Notes: generated by a model from the sequence alone, not told the origin. Positions 1-15,665 are shown, counted from the stretch's first letter. The stretch is 64,000 nucleotides of DNA from Eledone cirrhosa (GCA_964016885.1 OZ024743.1:279248001-279312000), one strand, 5' to 3'. Numbers and translations: made by a program.

Positions 1-110
1 TAGGGTTCTTGTATATTTGATATATATTTATCCTTATCGAGCCCTCTTTGGATTTTAGTCTTCACATTCATTATTATTACTATATATATATATATATATA
101 TGAGTGTGTG

Positions 111-500
111 TATAGTATATTTGGCAATATACCGCATGTTTAATTACAAACATTTAGAAGACCATTCGCTATCAGTTTTAAAGTAGTGACTATGTCACTT
201 AATTATTTTCGGCAAAGGTAGGTAGAGAAGCTGACAGTCTACTTCTCGCTGTTTGGCGTTTATCAAAACCACGCACTCCCCTAGGTTTGCCAAAAATTAT
301 AGAAGCTGGATTCTTACAGATTTTCAGTAATAATAAGGAGCTGATTACACCGAGCGATTGCCGGTCCAGCAAAAATTAGGTATTAGTATTGGTGCTCTGA
401 AATAGCGATGTATATATGAATGTATGTATAGTATATTTGGCAATATACCGTATGTTTAAATAACAACATTTAGAAGACCATTCGCTGTCAGTTTCAAAGT
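111..500. repeat. Partial tandem repeat, period ~316 bp (1.25 copies), pLTR-like unit
   Basis: tatagtatatttggcaatataccg...gaagaccattcgct..cagttt.aaagta occurs at 111-185 and again at 427-501. Confidence 0.75.
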
Positions 501-504
501 AAAT

Positions 505-890
505 CCAATGCTATTGACATTATCAGTTTTCAAGAGCATAGACATTTCCATCCTAATGTAGGCCTAAAGTTTACAAAATCTGACAATTTCCAGCTCGTCA
601 CTGCCTCTGCATACAAAACCTCCAAGAACGCCACCATTGGTGGAGTTGGTATGCTTCTCTCATGAAGGGCACGTGAGAACATCATCAACATCGAAAAGAT
701 AGACGATAGCATAATGGTTGCCGAGTTGAATTCAAATTCCAAACTCACATTTATATCTTGCTATAGCCCAACAAACAGCAGTGAGGAAGAAACTCCCGCC
801 AGTTTCTATCAGTCTATGAGATCGGTCACTGAAAACATCCTTGCCCGTAATTTCCTTACTATTGCAGGCGACTTCAATACCCAAACTAGA
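505..890 (+). pseudogene. LINE apurinic endonuclease (APE) fragment
   Basis: Translation gives QEHRH...NATIGGVGMLLS*...ISCYSPTN...IAGDFN (APE motifs) with an in-frame stop. Confidence 0.85.
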
Positions 891-1078
891 ATAACTAGAA
901 TATATGAATAAGGTAAGCCTAAATCATAGTAGATTCAAATATCACAGAGGGAAAGAGAGATAGAGAGGGGGGGGCAGAGTGCGACAGAAATGAATCATGG
1001 AATACAGGTTAAATATAATCTAGATAGATGGGAGACGAAACGAGGATGTAGTTTATGGAACATACAAATGGGTTAGAA

Positions 1079-1516
1079 GTCGACCTTAAGTTGGAGCAAT
1101 AACAATAAGGAAGACATGAACGACACCACATCATTTTGTATTGAAGATTTTGAAATAAGTTTGAATTTTCAAAAGATTTTCGCAGCTGTCTCAATGGCCT
1201 AGCGGTGGGTACAAGAGATGGCGTAGATCCTGGTCTTGGGTTCAATCATGGTCAAGAGGTACATGTAAACTTTTTCAGTTTTTATTTTACATCCCATAGA
1301 TAAAAAACTGAAAAGATTTACGGGGAACCCTACATCCAACAAGGATTGAACTTCAGACCAGGATCACATTCGTCTATGATTCCACCAACTAGGCCGCCGA
1401 GACAGCTACGAAAATATGAAAATTAATAATTATAGACCTACTTTCAAAATCAAAGTTAAAAAGATGTGGTGTCATTCATGACTTTATTAGTGCTATTAGT
1501 CATATTTAGGGTCGAC
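1079..1516. mobile_element. Diverged foldback (palindromic) element with tRNA-like arms
   Basis: ~210-bp imperfect inverted arms centred near 1292 with gtcgac at both ends; A-box-like tggcctagcggt and B-box-like ggttcaatc in the left arm. Confidence 0.55.
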
Positions 1517-1607
1517 ATGTCAATCTTCTGGCTCTTTGGTAACAACCTTCTTATTCCTATGTGTGTTTAACTGTTGAATCAATTTAATTTAATTATTTTA
1601 GCAAACA

Positions 1608-1640
<33 letters not shown>

Positions 1641-1646
<6 letters not shown>

Positions 1647-1950
1647 TAAAAGGAATTCCAACTTTGTCTGATTTACTTGTTTTATTTATAATCCTTTAAA
1701 ATTTTCAACTATAATGAGATGGGTAAATTTTGTGCACAACATTTAGCCATCTCATTACAGTTGAAAATTGCAAACTTGACTGTCACCACAATTTGAACCT
1801 GAAGATTGGGAAAGCATGAAAGTAGTTGTTCAATTAAGACTTAACATTTAATATTCTACCATACTATTTCATTCTAATACCATTATAAATGTTAAAAGAT
1901 TGTAAATAAAACGAGTAAATCAGACAAAGTTGGAATTCCTTTTATTAATA
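1641..1950 (+). mobile_element. Small non-autonomous element with ~60-bp inverted termini and an internal degenerate HHR
   Basis: tattaataaaaggaattccaactttgtctgatttac (1641) is the reverse complement of 1915-1950; left end abuts (TA)n; second hairpin at 1700-1769. Confidence 0.65.
1793..1833 (+). ncRNA. Minimal type I hammerhead motif, degenerate
   Basis: Stem I UUGAAC/GUUCAA; CUGAAGA; stem II U.U-UG..CA; GAAA; stem III has a G.G mismatch (one change restores palindrome AACUAGUU); GUU site. Confidence 0.6.
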
Positions 1951-1977
1951 TAATCTTCTATACACAATCATACACAC

Positions 1978-2822
<845 letters not shown>

Positions 2823-3155
2823 TATATATATATTTATATATTTATATATACATATATTTACACACACACTCACACACATATATATATATATATACATACA
2901 CATACATAAAAACATATATATACACACACACACACACATACACATCTATACACATATACATTTTGCCATATATGGATATATACATATATACATGCATATT
3001 TAAATTTAAAACATATCTGTATACAAAACATATATATATATATAAACACATAAAATCGTACGTACAAAAGAATATCTTCATATACATATAAACGCATATA
3101 ATCAAACATATACATGTAAGTTCGTACACAGAAAATAAAATAAAGAAAATAAATA

Positions 3156-3340
3156 TAATTGTTTCTACTTTTGGCACAAGGCCAGCAATTAACCAGTGCA
3201 TTACTGGTACTTTATTTTATCGACCCCGTAAGGATGAAAGGCAAAGTTAACCTTGGCGGGATTTGAACTCAGAATGGCAATGGCCGTAACTCTATGCATC
3301 AAAGCATGGCGTCCGACCCTCTACCGATACTGCCAATCCA
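3156..3340 (-). mobile_element. tRNA-derived SINE
   Basis: Reverse complement of the family consensus (B box gagttcaaatcc, gcctttcatccttacggggtcgataaaataaagtaccag, gtagaaacaatta end). Confidence 0.92.
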
Positions 3341-3406
3341 CTGCCCTTCAAAATAAATATAATACACACATACACACATACATAAACATTTACATATGTA
3401 TATGTA

Positions 3407-3442
<36 letters not shown>

Positions 3443-3516
3443 TATAATTTAATTATATGTATATGTATGTGTGTGTGTGATTGTGTGTGTGTGTGTGTAT
3501 GTGTGTGTGTGTGTGT

Positions 3517-3552
<36 letters not shown>

Positions 3553-4199
3553 GAGAGAGTGTGTGTGTGTGTATGCATGTATGTATATATTTGCAATTCG
3601 TCGATGTCGATTTTGCATGATAGCAACATGACTCAAATCTTCAGTGAGGCCGATGAATATTTAATGAATATTCCACGAAATTAGTTCAGTGTTTATTTGT
3701 GGCAATTAATTATTTGATTTTGAAATGGCTGTAAACAAGTGGCATAGACAACTTGTGAAGCTCTTCTGAAAACCACACTAATATTAACCCAGGCAAATAT
3801 GTGTTTATATGCGTGTATCTTTGTGTGTGTTTTTGTGGATGTGCCTGAGTGTATGAAAAAATACTCACTACAAATTTAAAGATCATAGTTTTTATTTTTA
3901 TTTTGAGGTTGAAACTTCTAAAGTTATAACTACATGTTTCACATTTCCTGTCCTCGGGCACACTGCGAATGTCGTTATCAATAACATTTTATAGAACAGA
4001 ATGATTGAAACCACTAAACAAAAATCGAAAGTTATTATATAATGTTTCATCGGTTATCTAAATAGGCATGAAAAGTAAACCTATGTTTTAAACACCCAGC
4101 AACATAATTTAGTCGATACATTCTCTCCTATCTGAGAGTTTATTCGGAAAAATATCTACCATGACAAAGGCATAAACATCTTCTTACTATTCTAATATA

Positions 4200-5376
4200 T
4201 TCTTCAGGTTTATGTTTTCAGCTGTGACATGTAATGTTTATAAGACTTTACTGACTTTGGCAATTATGTAGGCAACTTTCATTCTTTTAAGCATAGGAAA
4301 AGATCGTTCAGCAGAAGAATTTAAAATAGGTAAACCTAAGACAAAATCTATTGTCTTATGTTCTAGCAGAAAATGTTTATAAATTTTAATTTTTTTAAGA
4401 CATTTATTAGCTTTAGCGTGACAATTGTATGAATTGAAAATCCACAATTCAGCCCAGAAACGAATAAAATCAAATAAAGAATAATATTTATGTTTATGTG
4501 ATTCGATGAACGTCATTGCATTCAGGAGAATGAGAAACAGTTTGACTTAAAACAACTTTAAACTTATGAGCATAACAGCTTTTTCTGTTTTCTCCCTTTA
4601 TTTTCCTTCTTCTCTTTCTCACACTACTCCTTTCTCTCCCTCCCCAATTTCACTCCTCCCTCTCAGCATCCCTCTGGACTTGTTATTGCTAAGGCGGAAA
4701 ATGTTTGAGCATTTCTGGCTCCACTAATGATAGAAAATCCAAAAGACCGTTTACAACTGTATCCTATTAACATAGCACAAAACTGGTAAACTTTAGGAAA
4801 AACATTTACCTGCATTCTATAGTCGCCATTTTGAAAGTGTTCGTCCAACTGACTAGTGATATTTGATTAAATACGATTATTCAGAATAGTTGATGACAAA
4901 CAATTGCTCATCAAAATCACAGAAGGGAAGCCAATTGAGGTACGCCTGTTTTCAACTAGCTCAATTTCAACGCAACCTCGAAACATCGAAAGTAGCTTTC
5001 ATAAAAAAGCATGTTATGCTAATCAGTCTTTTAATGTTGTTTCTGTTTTTATTTAATCCATCATTATTTCTGCAAAAAGGTCGGTGAATTGGCAGTATCG
5101 GTAGAGGGTTAGACGCCATGCTTTCTAGCATAGTTACGTCCCTTTACAGTCTGAGTTCAAATCCCGCCGAGGTTCACTTTGCCTTTCATCCTTACGGGGT
5201 CGATAAAATAAAGTACCAGTAATGTACTGGGTAATTGCTGGCATTGTGCCTAAAGTAGAAACAATTATTTCTGCAAATAGCCAATGATTGCAGATTGTCA
5301 AGCTCTGAATCGTATTTTCTCTGCATGTTTAAATTATTCAAATTAACATATGCTTGTAAATGAAGCACTGCTTTTT
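4200..5376 (-). pseudogene. Decayed hAT (ZMYM1-like) transposase relic, interrupted by a SINE
   Basis: LPILNSSAERSFPMLKRMK resembles the hAT dimerisation motif; NRNNIKRLISITCF and HEKS/HLQA resemble hAT N-terminal segments. Confidence 0.6.
5085..5268 (+). mobile_element. tRNA-derived SINE
   Basis: ttggcagtatcggtagag head, gagttcaaatcc B box, shared body and tail. Confidence 0.92.
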
Positions 5377-5378
5377 TC

Positions 5379-7440
5379 ATGGGGAGGAATTGCATTAAGC
5401 AGGTTTTTACAAGAGAGGTAACACCACAGGAGCATGAGGATAGAGAAAAAACCCTCAATGCCCATATGGTGATGTGGACAAATATAATGCAGCCCAACAA
5501 AAGGACTGCCAACAACTTCCAGGCCTGGAACAACGACGTGCCGGCGTTGTATGGGCTTCGTAAAGACCATAAAACGGGCTGGGACCCTGTCACGGGACCA
5601 CCAACACGGCCAGTCTGTGGGGCTAACATTGCTAGTAACTACAGACTGTCCTACTTCCTCTCCCTGATCATACGCCCCATCATTGAGATGTCCCCAGATG
5701 TGTGTGACAGCACGGAGGACCTCCTCAGCAGAATCGGCGCGGGTAACCGATCTGGGGACCTAACAAACTGCATAATAGGCAGTATGGATATTGTGTCCCT
5801 GTATCCATCTATTGACGTGGATTTTGCTGTGGAGAAATGCGTCGAAATGATCAGCGAGAGCAAGGTTGAGTTCCGTGGGATTGATACCAGTGAGCTGGGA
5901 CTTCTACTTAAGCTTACCCATATATAATAGTTACCTAGACACTTATGACCTTAGCAACCTGTGCCCTACAAGACCAGCAAGAGGCAGACCACCTACCATT
6001 ACCTCTATGGCCAAGAAAACCCACACAGATAGATGGAACGGGTGGACCAGAGCCATACGGACACCCGAAAACCACGATGAACTGAAGAAAATGATTGCAC
6101 ATGCGGTAGGGGCCAGCATAAAACTAACCCTTAAAGAACATATGTTCAAATTTAATGGTAAAACATATGCCCAAGAGGAAGGAGCAGCCATTGGTGTTAG
6201 CATTGCAGGCGACATAGCTAACTTATTCATGGTATGGTGGGACAGTAGACTTAAACAAAAACTTAATGAACAATTAGAAGACAGCTTAACCCTGATAATG
6301 TACTCCCGCTACGTAGATGATATAAACATCGTAGTTAAGACACCCCCACTAAAGAACAGTCAGGAACTAGAGAAAAACACAATGGAAAGCATCCAGCAAA
6401 TAGCAAACTCCATCCACCAGAGCATTAGAGTTACTATAGACTACCCAAGTAGACACCCCAACCATCGATTACCTGTACTAGACACAGAGCTCTGGTTAGA
6501 TACTATTAACAACCAAAAACAAATCCTCCATTCCCATTATGCCAAACCCATGACTTCCAAACATCTGATCCACCGAAACTCGGCCATTTCGGACCATACC
6601 AAAATCAACATACTGATTGCGGATTTGGTACGGGTGATGAGAAATGTGTCCCGCATGTGCAACCCCGAAGAACTAGAGAGACACATACAACACTTCATCC
6701 ACCGTATGCAGTTCTCTGGCTACAATCAGAGAGATAGAATCAGAGTGTATAAAGGAGCCAGAACCAAATGGGAAAAAATGGTAAATAATGACATAAATGG
6801 GACCTGCCCCTTGTATAGGAGCAAATTTTGGAATAGAATAGAAAGAACTAAGAACAAGGCCAATAGAATAAACTCATGGTATGATAGCAATAAATACCAG
6901 AGTGTAATGTTCATCAATACAACCCCTAGAGGCGAACAAGCCTACAAATTTAGAAGGGCCCTAAAGAAACATAATCTCAATATTAAGATAGTAGAAAGAC
7001 CTGGTACCTCCGTAAAAACACTTATTAGCAAGACATACCCGTTCCAAAGACCCTCATGTATAGATAAGAAATGTATAACCTGTAAAATAAGCCCCCATAT
7101 TAACTGTAAAACTAGAAATGTAGTATATAGCATAAGATGTACTGAAGGACAATGTAGAAACAAAAATGTAGTGTACATAGGTGAGACAGCTCGTAGTATA
7201 GGGGAACGAATAAATGAACACTGGCGAGACCTCCAAGATAGTAAAGAATCATCTGTGCTCTACCAACATGCTAAGATAGAACACAGGGGTAAATTAGAGA
7301 GCATAGAAATAAAAATAGAATCCACACACAAGAAAGACGCAATGTTTAGGCAAATTACAGAGGCAGTAAGCATAAAAGAATTAAAACCAAAATTAAATAG
7401 AAAATATGAGTGGAACAGCAACATCACAACTCACAATTAA
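5379..7440 (+). pseudogene. Penelope-like reverse transcriptase + GIY-YIG endonuclease, one frameshift near 5920
   Basis: LYGLRKDHK, RPVC, SMDIVSLYPSI, GAAIG, RYVDD, LPVLD; Cys linker CxxxxCxxC; NVVYSIRC...YIGET...RINEH...RQITE...PKLN. A Neptune/Nematis-type assignment is inference. Confidence 0.93.
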
Positions 7441-7643
7441 GGACAAAATGAAAACACACACACACATAGAACAAACAACTTACAATTGAAAACACACACA
7501 AAATGAAAACACACACAAGACAAAATGAAAACACACACACACATAGAACAAACAACCAACCAACAATAAATAAATAAATAAACAAACAAATAGAAAAATA
7601 TAAATAGAAAAATAGAAAAATGAACACAAACACACACAGACAC

Positions 7644-7700
7644 CCGGATGTGGCGCATGCGCAAACTGAGCACGCAACCCACACACAAACAAAATGGCGT
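7644..7700 (+). promoter_or_regulatory. ETS-, NRF1- and YY1-like motif cluster in pLTR
   Basis: CCGGATGT, GCGCATGCGC and AAAATGGCG within 60 bp; conserved in the copy at ~2460-2520. Confidence 0.5.
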
Positions 7701-7745
7701 AGGATAGAAGAAAGGAAAGGCACAGAAACGAAGAAAGAAATCCCC

Positions 7746-7790
7746 AGTCACTGAAGAGGTCACAGAGTGTGTGACGAAAGAACTATGACT
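7746..7790 (+). ncRNA. Type I hammerhead ribozyme in Penelope pLTR
   Basis: Stem I AGUCA/UGACU; CUGAAGA plus G insert; stem II GUCACA/UGUGAC; GAAA; minimal stem III; CUA site. Confidence 0.82.
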
Positions 7791-7941
7791 ATATATATAT
7801 AAACAACTATCTGGTTGTGGAACCAACCAACCAACCAGAAATTTATAAATTTGTAAATTTATAAATATTTAATAAATTAAATTGAAGTGAAAGCAACTGG
7901 TGCGTGTGTTTCTTATTGGCAGCATGACCCTCCCAAAGTGT

Positions 7942-7983
<42 letters not shown>

Positions 7984-8494
7984 TATATGTATTCATATGT
8001 CTGTATTATATCACCCATTGCAGTTAATGCTGCTCAACATGACAATGTGAAAGCCTCTGTCGTGACGTGAGATAACTGAATATCTGTAAATTTACGTTGA
8101 ATAACGAATGAGTGTAGCTTTTTTAATAAAATGAAGTTAGACGAATATATACATAGGTACATATACATATAGATGGCCAGGTAGATAGGCAGATAGCTAA
8201 ATAGAAAGATAGATAGAGAGATAGGTAGATAGATATGTTTCTTTTATTTGCCACCAGGGCACATATAGATAGATAGATAGATTGAGAGTAGGAGAGAGAG
8301 AGAGGGAGAGAGAGAGAGTAAGATGGAGAGAGAGAGAGGGGGGGAGATGTGGGAGAGAGAGAGAGAGTAAGAGGGAGACTGGGATACTGATACATAGATG
8401 GATGTATTGCACACTATCTTAAAGCTGATGAATATGGGAGTCCCTGGCATATTTATTCTAACATACATATACCGTCTGAATATAAAGGATTTAT

Positions 8495-8590
8495 CTCTAT
8501 ATAAAAGCGAGTTTTAGATATGTGGGTGGGAATCGTTAATATCTCTACGGAATAGCTACCCGCTAGACAGCGAATTAAAGGTGCTTCCAG
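8495..8590 (+). mobile_element. Possible Helitron 5' terminus fragment
   Basis: TCTCTATATAAAAG start typical of Helitron left ends. Confidence 0.35.
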
Positions 8591-8789
8591 GTTTTATATA
8601 TATTTATATAATCTTATTATTATATTTAAGAAAGTAGATGATGCTGTTACACAGCATGTTTGAAACCGTTTAGAGGAAATCATTTCCGGCTATTAGTATA
8701 ATTATGTAGGCATGTGTGCGTGTGTTTCCAAGACTGAGAGAGGGAAAGAGAGAAAGGGTGTATGAGAAACAAAGAGAGTGAGGGAAAGA

Positions 8790-8795
8790 GATGAG

Positions 8796-8885
<90 letters not shown>
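8790..8885. repeat. (GA)n microsatellite
   Basis: Long GA run. Confidence 0.97.
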
Positions 8886-8886
<1 letters not shown>

Positions 8887-9004
8887 TGTGAGTGTCAATG
8901 TGAATCTGTGCAACATTTTGCGTCTATATATTTCGTTTGTACTTATGTCTGGACAATACATTCATAAATACACTAGCACAGACACATCTCTATGTGCGTT
9001 TACA

Positions 9005-9068
<64 letters not shown>

Positions 9069-9127
9069 CACGCACACGCACACGCACACACACACACACT
9101 CACACACACACACACACACATATATAT

Positions 9128-9259
9128 ATGTGGACCTACATCTCAGAGTGTGGTATGCAGATACTTGCGATCCAAGAACACAGGATCCTACACGATGAGC
9201 TCGTGAGCAGTGTGATAATTAGGAAGAGGAGTCAGCTCATCACTAGATCAGCAGTGAAG

Positions 9260-9263
<4 letters not shown>
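9128..9263 (+). mobile_element. Chimeric LINE fragment
   Basis: 9128-9147 equals 10647-10666; the remainder is the reverse complement of 9677-9795. Confidence 0.85.
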
Positions 9264-9295
<32 letters not shown>

Positions 9296-9469
9296 GATAA
9301 ATCTACCAAAATATACGGTAGTGTCCAATCCGTATGAAGAACTCAATGTAATCCAAATATCATGAAAAGAGATGTATTCAAAATTGTTTCGATGAAAAAC
9401 ACAGGAAAACAGAGTCAAGATAAATTAATAAAAATAATGAATAAAAACAAAGAAACAGTTCCTTATATT

Positions 9470-9534
<65 letters not shown>

Positions 9535-9593
9535 ATATATATATATTTATATATGTGTGTATATATATATATATATTTATATATGTGTGTGTG

Positions 9594-9673
<80 letters not shown>

Positions 9674-9676
9674 TAT

Positions 9677-10244
9677 GTTCTTCACTGCTGATGTAGTGAT
9701 GAGCTGACTCCTCTTCCCAATCATAACACTGCTCACGAGCTCATCGTGTAGGATCCTGTGTTCTTGGATCGCAAGTATCTGCATATCACACTCTTCGAAC
9801 AGATGACCCAACTCCTCTCTGTTCTCAAGCGTCTGAATAGTCCTCAAATTCAGAGTACCCATTTTGAAGGGTCTTCTGCGTGACAAAACTGCATTCTTTA
9901 TATTTGTCTCAGACACAGCTGATCCATTATCCACTGACCCTCCCTGTGGCTCTAAGCCAGCAGAGAGAGTCAAAACGACCAGACTGTTCCTTGACAGTGT
10001 AGTTAGGGGCTCTAACCATAGTGCTGTTAAATACACTCTCCATGTTCTTTTTAATGGCTGATAATACCGGGGCCACTCAAATAAGGTAATTATTTAACCC
10101 ATAAATGGCGCCCTAACAGGTACTACTACTCCGGGCCAGAGCAGACCTGGGAGTTATGACGATTAAGGGGTAACTCCACATTCTCCAAAGCACCTGAACT
10201 CTGGAACTGGAGCCTTTCCACTGGATGTAGTTTAATGTCATACC

Positions 10245-10250
<6 letters not shown>
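9677..10250 (-). mobile_element. Inverted 5' portion (5' UTR + APE N-terminus) of the adjacent LINE
   Basis: MGTLNLRT...ILAIQEHR...SAVKN on the minus strand; the protein continues on plus at 10246 as RTNAAVGGVG. Confidence 0.85.
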
Positions 10251-13012
<2,762 letters not shown>

Positions 13013-13027
13013 CACACACACACACAT

Positions 13028-13062
<35 letters not shown>

Positions 13063-13090
13063 CATTACATTACATAGATAACAGTATATA

Positions 13091-13186
<96 letters not shown>

Positions 13187-13238
13187 TACATAGATAACTG
13201 TATATAATATATATATATACGTATATATATATATATAT

Positions 13239-13853
13239 GTAAATATCTTTAAGCCGTTAGGAAGCCTCGACAATGCAAATGGGTAAATCTCCGGGTAACA
13301 AGATCCGGTGGTGGAGAGAGAGATGTAAGTGGGTGTACGTTGAGATACGTGGTGTGTATAAGATGTGTAAGATGTGTAGAAGAATGAAGGGAAGAGTATA
13401 AAGGATAAAATAAAAATAACAACACAAGAGAGAGTTACCTTGGGAGAGATTTAATAGTCCCTATATATTTCGGATTCACATCCATCAACTCGGGGTTTTT
13501 TCCAGGGTGGGGGAAAGGTTGTCTGTCGGACAGGTGCGAAACGCGTCCTCCGCTGTTTGTTGATGGATGTCATTCCGAAATATATAGGGACTATTAAATC
13601 TCTCCCAAGGTAACTCTCTCTTGTGTTGTTATTTTAATTTTATCCTTTATACTCTTCCCTTCATTCTTCCACACATCTTACACATCTTATACACACCACG
13701 CATCTCAACGTACACCCACTTACATCTCTCTCTCCACCACCGGATCTTGTTACCCGGAGATTTACCCATTTGCATTGTCGAGGCTTCCTAACGACTTAAA
13801 GATATTTACTTATTATTCCACAATGCTTCAAGCAAACTTGAATACTCTCACCT
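13239..13853 (+). mobile_element. Inverted-repeat element (~250-bp arms), Penelope pLTR-like
   Basis: 13239-13489 is the near-perfect reverse complement of 13559-13809; the right arm has a ~44-bp extension; both ends lie in (TA)n. Confidence 0.8.
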
Positions 13854-13969
13854 ATATATATATAATGTATATATTTACATTATATCTTATGAGTCACACA
13901 ACATTCCCCTCTTTTTCTTAGTGTCTTTTTAGATAGATACATAGCATTAGATAACGTTTTTCGAAAGAG

Positions 13970-15015
13970 CTACTTCTGCGTTCTCAGACTGATTTTTTAG
14001 TTAAGAGTAAAAGCGGCGATTCTTTGCTTAAACTTTAATGTTATTTTAATATATATATTCGTGTACAGATATTTTTGCATACACAAAAACAAAAACCTAT
14101 TTATTTAACGAAAGCACAGACGGCTTATCGTCATCGTTACTGTTAGAGGTTAGAGGACCACAGCCTTTCCAAGATCTGAGAACCATCAATGGCCATCAAT
14201 GTTCAATTTACCATTTGGCTTGCCAGATGCGTGGTATGTTACACAATGACAGCAATTGGCACCTCACCGTACAAGAAACAGCGACTGCTAAAGTCCCTTC
14301 TCAGCTGCGAAAACCTTTTGCTATTATGCAGCACAACTGCGATCTCGCCGACCCGCTCGCACTGTGGAACAACCACCACGAAAGTCTAGCTGAGGATATC
14401 CTCCAACACACACGCAGACACAATCCAAACGTAACATACGATGTCGTTTTCAATGAGGCGCCCATTTGTCTTGAAAACAGTTTCCTGGAATTGGTGGTAG
14501 GCCTCTAAGTCACTACAGCTTATCTGCTCCTGACAGGAGTGTTCAGAGCTCAACGTCTACAGAGCTTCTCCGCGAAACGAGTTACGAAATCAGTGATTCT
14601 CTCATGGTCAATTGTATGTAGGATGCTTTAGGGTGAGCTCGCCAAACAATCTCTTCATCTTTGATCAGGAGGGCCGAACAAAATATATTGCATACTCTGA
14701 GGCTCTAACAATGTAATTTAAATATTTTCTGTTACTTGGAATTTCCATTATGGTTGTACAAATTATTGTTTGTTAAAACATGTGTTCTCCGTTCAGGCTT
14801 TATTGTTGTAACTATCAATTTTCTGTAACGTACTGGCTGCTGAAATGGGGAATCCTAAAAACGTTTCAAACCCAATATCATAAGCACGTTAACGCCCCCC
14901 CCCCCCGCTGACTTGAGAGGGCGTGTGGTATCTTTGCACTGGAGTGTAGGGGGGATTCCTGAAAAGATAAAATGCCGGTATACCTATACCGACGACAGCG
15001 GGACGGGCCAGATAG
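13970..15015 (+). mobile_element. Internally deleted Helitron
   Basis: LLLEVRGPQPFQDLRTING...ACQMRGML...PSQLR...PLALW...LAEDIL and FSHGQLYVGC match Helitron RepHel; GC-rich 3' end followed by a CTAG-like motif. Confidence 0.85.
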
Positions 15016-15585
15016 TAGTATATAATTTCAACAGTATATCATTTCAACTCCTCTGTATTTATCGCTTCTGTAGTATATGTATGGCCACTGATTTGGGTCG
15101 TTTTTTTGGTGACACACTTTTCAACTTTTGTGTTTACTCTGGACGGTAATCTTTTAAGATGACGCTTTATAGATTGCTTTGTGATTGCCTCAAATAACTC
15201 CATTAGTACATGCTATATGGAAGCTACAACTTGAATTCATACCTAATATATATATATATATACTGTTGGCTTTTTGCTACAATGTTTTCTATACGTTTCA
15301 TTTATAAATTTATAGTCGGATTTCTTTCCTACTGTGCTTAAATTATTTGCGACTCATCCAGGTATTTTTTTATAAATTTGCTGAACTCCTTATTGTAGAG
15401 TTTTTTTCGGAGTGTTTTTTGACTGTTGTATCTTGTAAACAAACATTCGTCTCATTCTAATGTCACCAGCCCTGTCTTTCCACAGGTGCGTTTTATTTTT
15501 CATAATCACGCATGATGGTGAACTAGCCTGTTTTAAATTCACTTTTTGGCATATTAATCTGTGAGAATTTTGGTTATCGTGTTGA

Positions 15586-15665
15586 GCTCTGCTGAGGATC
15601 GAATACCATCCGTGACCATCTCCACTAAAGGTTTTCGTGAAATAGTCTTTAAGACTATACAGAGC
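15586..15665 (+). ncRNA. Type I hammerhead ribozyme, monomer 1
   Basis: GCUCUG CUGAGGA U CGAA..UUCG U GAA AUAGUC uuuaa GACUAU A CAGAGC; AUA site at 15657-15659. Confidence 0.88.

Larger units (their letters stand above)
5377..7947 (+). mobile_element. Penelope-like element (C-terminal GIY-YIG), 5'-truncated, with 3' pLTR
   Basis: RT-EN reading frame followed by a ~500-bp pLTR with HHR, ending in (TA)n. Confidence 0.95.

Noticed and set aside
3598-3650. Minus-strand CUGAAGA with a hairpin
   Set aside because: No GAAA or stem I pairing
5085-5170. tRNA gene
   Set aside because: Has A/B boxes but no cloverleaf and is fused to a multicopy SINE body
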